This document shows positions 35,701 through 47,700 of a DNA stretch of 64,000 nt, one piece after another. The notes below the pieces were generated by a model. That model did no database searches, had not been told where the DNA came from, and worked only from the letters and a program-made list of their open reading frames with translations. The stretch is from positions 13,330,001 through 13,394,000 of the forward strand of contig OZ241829.1 in the NCBI GenBank assembly GCA_965202585.1, written 5' to 3'. Both the position numbers and the translations under genes were made by a program. Every line of letters starts with the position of its first letter. Position 1 is the first letter of the stretch. The stretch is from Thalia democratica. Lineage: Eukaryota.

Positions 35701-38700
35701 CAGAGAAATAGTGACTGTTTTTTTTTATTTAAGATTTATTGTGAAAGTATTTATAATGTTTTTAAAACAATAATGACACCAATTTTGTTAAGGTTCTACT
35801 TTAAAATAAAACTAAACAAGTTTAAAAAACAAACTTTATACATAACTGTTTTACTGTATGTAGGCAAATTTTTTAGTCTTTTTTCTGGCAATACTTTTAG
35901 TGTTATGATGGTTTCATATATATAATTAACATAAAACTAGCGTTGAAATGAAAATAAACATATTCAATTACATTCTCATTACCTGCAGGTCTCTCCCAAG
36001 CCAAAACAATGCTCGTTGAAGTGATTTGCGAGGTTTTCAGCCCAGTAACTGCGTCAGGAGCTGTTGAAAAGACAAACACTATAATAGCAGTTAAAAAAAT
36101 TAGTATATATTATCTAGTAGGGAAAAAAGCTACCAACTAAATTGGTTGTCAAAAGTAATTAAAATAAAAAAGTACAGCTTCTACTTACAAGTATTTTTAG
36201 CCACGTCACTTTAGACAGCCAAATATAAATGCACATTTAAATAAAAATAAATAAATAAATAAAAACTGACGAGTGGTGACAAAGACGGCCTTGCTCCCGT
36301 GGCTGACGAAGCCCTCGTGGTTGATGGTCTTCACCGACACCCAGTAGTAGTTGCCCGGGGAAAACCCGTCCAAGGTGATCTGTGATTGGTCGGTTTTCAA
36401 AATGTTGGTGGAGTTGTGCAGGTCGCTCATCTCCAGCTCGTAGTGGACCAGGTAGCTCGCCGCGCCTGTTGAGTTTACATATTTACGCTACATACGAGTT
36501 TACATATTTCCGTACAGGCAACATATTTATGTTGCCTGTACGGATTACATATTTGTATAATAAATTACTAGTAGTCGCTTGTTTGCTGTTTTGTTGTAAC
36601 TATCAGAAATGTTATTTTATTGAGTTTTTAAAACAAGAAAAACAGACCTTTTTTAGAAGATAAACCAAGAATTGTTGATTGAAAGTCTAATATGAACAAA
36701 CTTTTTAAAAAGACTTTGCTTGTCAATTACTGCTGTCTTAATGCATAATAGAATTGCCACGAAAAAACGTACTTTTATACTTGTTGTATTACTCTTAAGA
36801 TTAAAAATATTTGTAAACAATAGTCATACCTGAAACTTTATCCCATTTTAGATCAACCGAATGAGTTAGAATGTTGTTCGACTCGAATCTAGTTGGTGGG
36901 TTGGTCACTAAAAAATTTATAAAGTTTAAAAAAAAACAAGTATATCAAATACCATACTTTAAACAGTCGTCTAACTTAATAACTAATCAGCTTAAAATGA
37001 AAAATTTATGAAAATAAGAATACAAATATGTAAATAGGTAGTAAATGATATAATACATAATTAAATACAAAATAAAACAATAGTTTCTGTAACTCAAAAA
37101 CAACCAACCGGTCTGCGTGGTCAGCGAAGCGGAACTTCTCTCGTTCCTCCTCTCTCGAATTCCTACCGCGAAAACCTGGAAGGTGTAGTAGGTTCCCGGC
37201 ACGAGCTCGTCCACCACTACGTTGGTGGAATCCGAAGTGAACAGCCTCGCAGGAGTGTCGAACATCGAGATCTCGTCCGCCTCCTTCACGAACACGTCGT
37301 AAGCGGCTCCACCTAGCGGTTATTTTTTTCACGTGATATGTTTATGTGTTGAATATTTGCAAAGTTTTGGCACTAAGCTAAGTGGTTAGCATTTTTTTAA
37401 TACATTGTAGCTAGCTCCACCTGGCGGTTAGCTTTATTTTTGTTAATTGGCGTTCACTTTTTTATGTATCACAAAGTTTTACTAAATTTTACATTTGGTG
37501 AAAAAAAACTGTTTAGTGAAGATAATGATTTTGGTCTAGCACAACACGTGTTTGTAAAAAAAAAATTAAAGTTTAAAACAATCAAACTTCGGTAGCAAAA
37601 CCTTGTACTTATTTCATAATTTATTAATTACAAGTAAAGTGATTTTAACATTACTTTAGTTTAGTGTTCGAATCTTTTTTAACCTTGGAGTTAATAAAGT
37701 TTTAGAAAATGACCATAAAGTAAGTACTATTATCAAGTTGACACTAATCCATATTAGCTGCTCTATAACAGTTTGCTTAATGTTTGTTCTTACCTGGGGC
37801 TTCCGACCATGCCAGGCTGACTTTAGTTGCTTCCACGTATTTCGTTTCAACGAAATCAACTCCGGATGGATCTGAAGATAAATAAATGAAACATCAATCA
37901 ACGTAAAATTAAGTTGTTTGAAACAGAGTTTTAAACCACTTTTTGAGTCTGTTAGGCGTATTAATTATTTTTGTCCGTACACATACGTTGTTTTAGAAAA
38001 ACTCTGTTTTATAATTTAGAACAAAAATATTTACAAGTAGCTTCGGAAAGTATGAAGTTTTCCTCGCTTATCTGCCCCTCGAAACCGACTGAAGTGACGT
38101 AAACGTTATAGACGGTTCCAGGCAGCAGGTTGGTGAACGAAAAGTGGTTTTTGTCCGTCGACTCGATTATTATGAGCTCATAATCCACTTCTCCGATAAT
38201 TCGCACCATGTACGACGCGGCTCCTGTAAAATTCGATATTATTTATTTATATAAATGATTGCTGGTATCTGTATAAACATTATTTTGAAATATCTAAAAA
38301 TTGTTTTCATTGAAAAGTGTTTAATTCATATTGTAAACTTAAGAATTAAATATAAGTTACTGAGTTAAGTTAATAAAAAATATTTTATTCATTTTTGCTC
38401 GTAGCCTAATCGTAATTTTTATTTTACTAACCAACGCAAGGCGACCATTCGATATGGAAAGAATTATCAGTTGTGTTTGAAACTTTACCATAGTAAGGCG
38501 GATTTGGCACTGAAAATGCAAAATGTGTAAGCTGCTAGAAATGATAAGTAAAGTTTTAAGTAAACTCTTTAGAATTTTTAATAGTGCAAAGCAAGAACAG
38601 TGAAAAAAATAAATAGTTCAAATTGAATGAAGTACTTTATACATGAATATGCTAATAAGTACAAATAATAGAATACAAACATAAAATAAAGCAACAAACT

Positions 38701-41700
38701 TACAAATAATAAGTTTTAACAAGACTGTTCAATTTATTTTTAAGCAAAAGTACATTTATAAATCTACCAGTTTGCTTTGTTATGAACGCCGAAGCTTCCA
38801 AATTCAGGATTTCGTTCAAACCGCGAGCCAACACCGTGAACTCGTAGTAAACTCCGGCCTTCAACCCTGGCAGAGTGTCGTTTGTGTTCAGAGTGGAGTT
38901 GATGGAAGAAACTTTAAACTTGTCTTCGACCGTGAAAGCTACCAGTTCATAGTCTTTTGAACCTGAAAAGAATTTGTTCAAAATTAAATTTCATTTTAGT
39001 TACTTTAGAATATTAATACAAAGTTGCATAAATCACCAACGACCGTGCTTTTGTATTACACGTAATTAAAAAATTAATTTCAAATAATGCAAGGCAGTTT
39101 TGGCAAAAAAAAACCTAAATTCTCAAGTAAACAAACATCGACAAAAACTCAAACAATACTATCAATGAAACACATTAAAAAAAGTTTTAAATAGTCGGGG
39201 TGACCAGATTGACAAAAAACTGGTCCACGGTTGCCACCAAGCAGAACCTCGGGTGGGGCCTGCTCACGGTGTTGAAACTCAACAGCGGAAGGTCGTTCGC
39301 GCCGCACTGCAGCTTTCCAACATACCTGCCCTCACTGCAGTCGAACACCACCTGGCAGTTGTTCAGGCACAGGTCGAACATCAGGTGGCGGCCGCTGGGG
39401 CCCAGGAACGACGGGTTCTTCAGCCGCATGTGGGAGCTTTGCGTGGGAACATTCAGCTTTTTGGAGCTTCCGTCCCGCAAGTTGACCACGAACACCTGGT
39501 GAGAGAAGTTGTACTTTTGCGAGAAATTTACGATCACCTCCTTGCCGTTCGGGTGAAACTTCACGTCGGACACGTGCCACCGGTGCGCCACCTTTTCGTC
39601 CACTAGGTTGTCCAGCAACAATACGGGAGTTTGCTGCTTGGCAACCGACCTCCTGTCGAACACCCCCACCCTTTTCAAGTCGGCCACCGCCAGCAGATTG
39701 TTGTCCGCGGGGCTGGCGTCGAAGTCCCTCAGGCAGCCCGCTTCGTCGGAAACGCGGTACTTTGTCACGTTGAAGCCATTCTCCCTGACGTCGGCCTCGG
39801 CGATCAGGCAACTGCTCCTCTTAACGTTGAACCAAATGTTGTTCGAGTCTTGATTGCTTACTCGCACCTTCCTCGCCGACCCAAAGTAGCTGTACTCTCT
39901 AACGGGGATTTTTCTGTTCAAATCGAAAACTTTTACGTGATTGGCCAGGTGGTCCGTGCCGGCGAACAGCCACGTCGAGACCACTGACCGCTGCAGGCAG
40001 GCGGCAAATTTGTCGTTGCTGCCCGGCATGAAGGAAACGCACTGGGGGCGGTATTCCCCGCAATCGAACTTTCCCTCTCTTAGGGATTCCCCGAAGGGGC
40101 GAAGGACGTGAAAGGTGTTTCCCCGCTGCCCGCACACCAGCGCCTGCCCGTCGGACGACCAGTCTAGGCAGGTCACCATGGCGTCCGAGGCCCCCGGAAG
40201 GTCGACGTCGTCGAGGTCGAATGTTTGCTCCACCTTCATCCTGCGGAGCATGTCCTCATGGAAGTACGAGTACGAGATAAAGCGGTCCCCGGTGAAGGAC
40301 TCGTCCACCGATCTCTTCCTTAATCTCTTGCATACATTCATTGAATTATATATATAAAGTAAATTTCTTTCTTTAAGTTTTTATTATTTTTGTCTCTTTT
40401 ATATTTTTTATCTCTTATAGAAGGTTAAATTTAGATATTTTTTTCTTCAAAATTTTATTTTTTAAACTGTCTGTTTTTAATAGCGGTATAGAATGTGCTG
40501 TCAACCTAATGAAATTTTATAATTTTAATAAAATTAAATATCATATTATATATCTTATCGAACTTTTTGAAAATTACTTTAGTTAAAGTCGTGACGATAG
40601 CCTTCTCCAATTTAATTTTTATATTTCTTGTCAGCTGTTACTTTTTTAATTTAATATCTTTTTTTAAAATTTATATTAAAACACAACGCAACATAAATTT
40701 TGAACATGCGGAAATAGAATTTAGCTCTAAGCGATTAAAGTTAATTTCTATCACTTAAGACGGCCGCAATCTGATCATCGTCGCCTATCAGACCAGTTTA
40801 TTTATTGCTGTAAACGCAAGCGAAATACGCTTAATGAGCTGTACGCGTTCAAAAGTCATTAGCACTGTTTAAGTATTTCACTTCGTCAGAAAGCCTTGGC
40901 TAAGTTGTAGCTTTGAGTTTTAAAAAAAAATCGTTTTTGTTTTTTTAGAAAAAACATTACAGTTGGGTGTTTAAAATTCAATTAATTCTTATAGTTTATT
41001 TACAAAAGTGTATATTACATTTAAAAGTGTCAGTCTTTAATGTCTGAAAATTTGTTTATTTTATAAAGCATAGCTGCCATAATTTATGAAATTTTTTTTG
41101 TCCTTGCGTGGCTTGTTTGGTATGATAGTTTATACTAAAGCTTGATATGTAGATGCCATAAGGGTTAATAGATTTATATTATTGTGGCTACGCTAGCTAG
41201 TTGTTGTCGTTTTAACTTTTTTATAAGCTTTTTGCAGTTCTACAGTGTAAAAATCAAAACTAAGCTAGTTTTAAAATTATTTGTTAACTAAATTACCTAC
41301 TAACTAGTATAAGTTTTTTTTTTTTGAGTTTAATATTATTTTTTTAAGTTGTAATTAATTACTAAAAACGAACAAAAAGTTGTCACAAAAATATTAACAA
41401 AAACTGTAAAAACATAAAACACTAAACTAGTGTAAGGTAAGTTATCCTTAAAAAAAGCTAAACATTAAATAAAACATTAAAAACTCAAAAAAGTTTAGAG
41501 CAATATCAACACAAAAACTAAGTTTAAAAGGTAATAAACTTCAAATGTGAAACGTTAAAAAAATTTATGACGTTAACATGAGTATATTAAACAGTAATTT
41601 GACTGATCAGTATATAATATAGTTCATTATCATTTAAGTTTAGTGAAACTTATCAGAAATTAACATTATAAATATATTTATTCTTAATTAAGCTATGTTG

Positions 41701-44700
41701 CGTATTTTAAAAAATAAGCTATTTTGTCTTTATCGAATAGGTGTTACCTAAGTAATGATATTTTTTTGTCCATAAATTAATTTAAGATGTCTATTTAAAG
41801 CGTTTGGTTTTTTTTTTGTTAACTTCTATAGATAGCTATTTTTAACAATTTTTGTTAGATTATGAAACACTTATATATAATTAAAGTAAACTGTTACCTT
41901 TCGTGTTAGTCCAAGAAATTACAACGGAGTCGTTACTAACTTCATTTATTGAGAATTCACTTGGTGAGTCCGGCACTGTTTATTTAATTTATTTTTTGAA
42001 TAAAAACATGTAAGATTTATTTTATTATAATGTATGCTTATATCAATTTTAAACTAACTGTCGTTACCAAGCTAACTTAGATACACTTTGTATTTTTTTT
42101 TTAATTTGTAAAAATGTTATATGTTATGTTGTTTAAAAAAAATTCAATAGTTTAGAAAGTTTACTCGGTTTGCTAAAAAACCGACTAACAAACACAAGTT
42201 ACGTAAGTTAATTTTTAAAGCAACAGGAAACAAATGAAATACTACAGCTTTGTTCGACTTCTTCTTTAAATGCTTGGTTTTTATGCATGCTTATAGTAGC
42301 TTAATATATTATAATTAAAAAAAAATGTTTGCTTAACTATTAAGCTAACTGTTAAAACTTAAGATGAAACTTTCGATAAAATTAATCAATAAAAAATCAG
42401 CTCGAGTCTTTAACTAATTACCATTGAAACATAATCTAGACTTATGTACAGTACTAGTAAAGTTTCAAAAACCGACGAACATTTTTAAAACGTAATACTT
42501 ACTTGTTGAATTTTAACATAAAAAATACCAAACTACTAGCACATTAGTGTATATTGAATCGCAAACATATAAGGTCATACAACTTTTATATTTTGATTTT
42601 TACTTATTCCAGCTCAATCCAAACAATATCAAGTAACAAAGAATATCAGACTACCAAAACTGCTTGAAAATAAAGTTATGTAAACAAATAAGTTAAAATA
42701 AAATAGGTTATGCAAATTGCTTTTCTTTTACTTTCAGTTCAGTTTAACACAGGCTAGCACATAACCAGTGTAGAAGTAAATATTTTACGGAATATATCTT
42801 AATTTTACCACTTGAAAAGGTCATAGAATGTTTCTTCTTCTTTCAGTTTAACACAAACATCATCAAGTAACTATCAGTATAGTACTATATATTGAATCGT
42901 ATATATTTTAAATTATTAACTTAAGAAACTCATAAAAACTTTTAATTATTCTCAGTTTATTTCAATGAATATCAAGTAACCACTCAAGAAGTATATATTG
43001 TAGCACATAAATTTTAAATATACCGCTTAAAATAGTCATAAAACATTTCTACTATTTTTAGCTCTACTTTTAGTTGATATCAAGTTGCATCAAGTAACCA
43101 GTAAAGAAGTACATATTGTATCACTTAAATCTTAAGTCTTCTACTTAAAAAGGTAATAAAATATTCCAAAAAATTTTTCGGTTCATTTCAAATCTAATAA
43201 CCAGTGTAGAAGTAAATATCGTATGGAATATATACTAATTAAAGAAGTCATGAAACTTTTCTGCTACTTTCAGTTCAACACAAACAACATCAAGTAACCG
43301 GTGTAGAAGTAAATGGGATCACTAATCTAGTCTAGTTTATTGCATATACTTTAAGTTTACTATTTTTAAAAAGTTTTACAGTTTTCTATAATTCAACTAT
43401 TCACAGTTCACTATAACACAAACAACATCAAGTAACCGGTGTAGTCAAGTGTTTCTTATTTATTAGAATTTTATTACTTAATAAGGTCATATATTTTATT
43501 ATTTTTTATTTTCAGCTTATTTGAAATCAAGTAACCGGTGTAGAAGTAGATGGGATCTGACGGCGGACCCGACACCTCCTCCTTACCACTTGCCCTCACA
43601 TCGAACCGGTACCTCGTTCCCGCCTCCAAGCTCCTGATGAGTGCGGAGGAGTTGTGGACCTCCCTCTCACCCGCGAACCCCCCCGCCATGTCCTCACCTT
43701 GAACCAGGTATGTGAACGCTCCTGTTGATGTTTTCATAACATAGTTGAATTGCACGTTGTTTTCATTATTGTACACATTTTAAATTTGTTTGATTAAATA
43801 AGTTTTGAATATATATTTAATTGAATAATATATTTTAAACTTGAAAATATGAACAAGTACATGCTTTCATTTACTAGTGAAACAGTAGTGCTAGTTTGCT
43901 ACTAAACGAAAGTACAAGTGAAACAAAATCGTGTATATGTTCATTTTTTCAAAGACAGTAGTAAAGAAAGAAGTAAAGAAGCAATATTGTATTTTTTACA
44001 ATAATTTTGTTTTTACTAAAAATTTATTAAAGTTTACTGTCTGAACAAAAGAGTTCTCATTGTCTTGGACACTAGTAATAAACAACGGTTTAAAAAATGT
44101 TTCAAATTTGTTTGATTAAAAGAGCGAAATGCTCCAGGCATGCTGAATGTTGTTTGCTAACAAAATTTGATAAATATTGGGTTTTTTTAAAAGTATGTTT
44201 GTCAAGTTGTTCGGTTTGGATTTCTTGTGTTTGTTATGTATGGTATTCGTTTAAATTATTATGTTAATGTATAAAAGTTTATATACGGATCTAAAGTAAA
44301 TACGCTGACAATGTTATATAAGCTTATTTTACTAGTGATAATAAAAGTTGAGTTAAAACTTTTTAATAAACAAACTCAAGTAGCCTAACAAAATTAAAGA
44401 AGAATGTAACTTAATTTAAAAAAATAACTGTTTTAAGGTCTTAAGTTTATTATGCGCATTTTATTTAGTTAATAACGTCAGTATTACTTGTAAATAAGCT
44501 ACTTTTACATGAGATTAAATTACTTAAACTTCCGTGTTCAATAAGTGCAAGCATGAAAGTATACATTAGTATATTAACTACCAAACTCACCGTACAAGTC
44601 ATCCCAGTTCAAGTTGACGGAAGAAGTCGTTAATCCCACAACTTCTAATCCCTCAGGCTTGCCAGGAGCTTAAAATTGTTTTGTATCAACAGATTATATA

Positions 44701-47700
44701 AACACTTTTAGTTGAGATTTTTTGCATAAAAAAATCACATAATACGAACTATTTGTATAAATATAGTTTATTAAGTCTTTTTAAACATAATGAATTACAG
44801 CAAAACAAAACATTTTGAAGTGCATTATCTAATCGAGGCAAAAGTGACAAAAATAACATTTAATTAGAGTCTAGTAGGTGTATTAGAAATTAATACAAGG
44901 TTGAGAACAATACATACAATACAATCGCTTTTTAAATTGTAAACAACTGTTGATTTCTTTATGCTGTGTTTAGGATAAACATCAACCCTGCATTTTAAAG
45001 ACTTTTAATAAAGTTAAATTACAAACTAATATGTAGCAATCAACAATAAACTACCAGTTTGAGTTGAGAAAACTTCGCTGTATATTTCGTTGCTCCTGCC
45101 CTCTTTACCGACTGACTTTACACTGAAGTTGTAGTAACTGCCCATTTCCAACTCACTGAACGTTGCGTTCGCAAATGAACTGATCAGCTCAGTAATTTCA
45201 CCTTCTTCACTTATTAATATGCTTTCGTATTCGATTGCTCCTAAAATGTAATGTGTTTAGGAAACTTTTTTGTACTTTCAAAATAATTAAAAAGTTTATA
45301 AAACATTCAATGTTTACAAAATCAATAAAAGTTCACACAATAAAGATTTTACAATTATTCACTAGCAAACATAATTAACCTTTAACATCAGGCCAGTAAA
45401 AAGTTAGAGTTGTTGAAGTAGGCTCAACTTCTATCAGCTTTGGCGTAGAAGGCACTGTAAAATAAACAAAATTATTACAACTTTACAAAGAATTACTCGT
45501 TTTTAACTATAACTAAAACTTGCTATAAATAAATTTTAGTTTTTTAGTTAAGTTTAATAACAACTAAATAAAAAAAAAGTGCTTGAAAAAATTGAAACTG
45601 ATTTAAATATCAATTACAAGTTAATTTAATTAGTTGCAGTTGGTTAAATACAAATAAAGTACAACAATTAGATTCGACTAAAAACTCAAAAAGAAGAACT
45701 TTATTCTTAATTACTACAAAATAAACTAATAAATAAATCAAACGTGTGGAATCCCTGAGCAGCCTGCTGGAGTCGCTGAGCTGTTTCTCTGTTCCCTTAC
45801 TCCTCACTCCGAACCAGTACTCGTACCCGGGCCGCAACCCGTCGATGACCACCTGCGTGTCCGTGGTGTTCACGTTCTCCAGGGCTTCCGTGTCCCCAAC
45901 GTACCCGTACCTCACCTTGTACGACACCGCGCCTGAGTTTGCATTTTGTTTTACTGTTTGTTGCTTTGTTCAGGGGATTTTATTTTTAGGCTGTTTTTAT
46001 TTTGTTTTGTGATCAACAGTTTGTTGTTGTGATGTTAAAAAACAAATAAAAAAGTTGTTGTGTTGTTATTTTAAGAGAAGCTTAAAGGAAATCTAACGAA
46101 CCGAGACTGTTTTTGTAATGCAAAGTAGTTCATAGTTAAAGAAAATCTCTAAAATTTATTTGATGCGTTAAAGTTTTAAACAGTTTTACCATATAAATTG
46201 ACGTATGACAGACTTTCATTAAAAAAAATACCTATAACTTCGTTCCAATTGAGTGTGAGGTTAGTGACAAAATAGTCGGTTATGTTGATCGAACTTGGTG
46301 GAAGAGGCACTGTAAAAACATTACAAATATTAGTTTAAGTACTGATGAAAAACTAACACAAATAAAACGTCATGATAAACAATGCAGTTTCAGTATATAA
46401 TTATATTTCTACGTCTATAAATACATAATTTTTGTCTTTTTGATAACTTATTTTAATACTAATCGTATTGCATTTGGAAAAAGAAAACGTTGCTGCAAAC
46501 CATTTATTTAGTGACAATTATTAAGAATTTTTTAGTTAATGCTACTTTAAACCTTCAAATCTCGGTCTAATTTAACTTTATCAGTTTTTTTTTTGATTAA
46601 CAATACCCTTCTCATCAAACTAAGCACTCACCAGTTTGCACGGTGAGCGGTTTGCTGCCGAGGTTGCTCGTCCTATTCTTGGAATCGTAGGTGAACACTA
46701 CGAAGGTGTAGTAGGTACCCGGATCTAGGTCCTCAATCACCTGCTTGGTATCCTTGATCCTCGCTATCAGGGTCTTGTTCTTCGTGACGGGGTCTCGAAA
46801 GAACAGCTCGTAAGCGCTCGCGCCTGTTTTGTTATTAGTTGGAAATAAGCTGTAGTTGTTTTCAAGCACTGCAAAGCTTGAGCTTAATGTGCATAAAAAG
46901 CATATAGGGTTGTGATTCGGTTAAAAATTTTTTGGTTTTTATAATTACTGATATTATCGCAGAAAACTTTTTCTAGGTGTTTTCTCGTAAACATTTAAAC
47001 TAGTCTGTCTGTTTCAATAGGTTTGGAACATTTATAATTAAACGCACATAATGATTACCACACATACTTGAAAACAAAGTATAGTTTGGCAGATTAAAAA
47101 ATATTTCTTACAAATAACTTTAATTTAAACCTCTCACAGGCTGCCAATTTATTGAAACAAAATCCGAGCTCACATCTTTCACGTTCAATTGGGTTGCTGA
47201 GTCGGGATCTGTGAAAAGAAATGAATAAATATTTGGTAAGAAATAAACGAGTATAAGTTTAATTTATATTTAAAACTTTTAAATTACAAAAACACAACAA
47301 AGGTATACTTGGAAGACCAGCGGATGAAAAAGGCACTCTGGCTTGGCTTATAATAATGTTTTAAGCAAAATTTACATCACACATTCAAAACTTAACTAAC
47401 ATAAAATAATCAAGTTGAAAACGAACATTCAGACTTGGTAAAAAACAAATTTCATATTGTAAAAAAAAATTTTGCAACAAACCAGGATGCAGTCAAATTT
47501 AATTTAACAAAAAAATTCAAAATTCAAAACATACGGGTGGACTCGTATATCTTGGGGCTGGGTGCGCTTCTCCTCCCCTCCTGACCCACTGACGTCATCC
47601 GCACCATGTAGCTCACGCCGGGCACTAGGTGGCGCACCACCACCTCATCGTCGTGTGACGTCACGACCCTGTGCTCGGTGGTGCGGAAATCGTCGTCCAG

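Noticed and set aside
39200-40357. Overlapping alternative-frame and antisense ORFs (39200-39502, 39253-39606, 39332-39811, 39631-39987, 39899-40135, 40115-40357)
   Set aside because: Shadows of the GC-rich WD40 coding sequence.
46824-46868. In-frame upstream alternative acceptor adding 45 nt (VLENNYSLFPTNNKT) to exon 46632-46823
   Set aside because: The extension is AT-rich, intron-like and would disrupt the B-C turn; the standard acceptor fits the repeat pattern.
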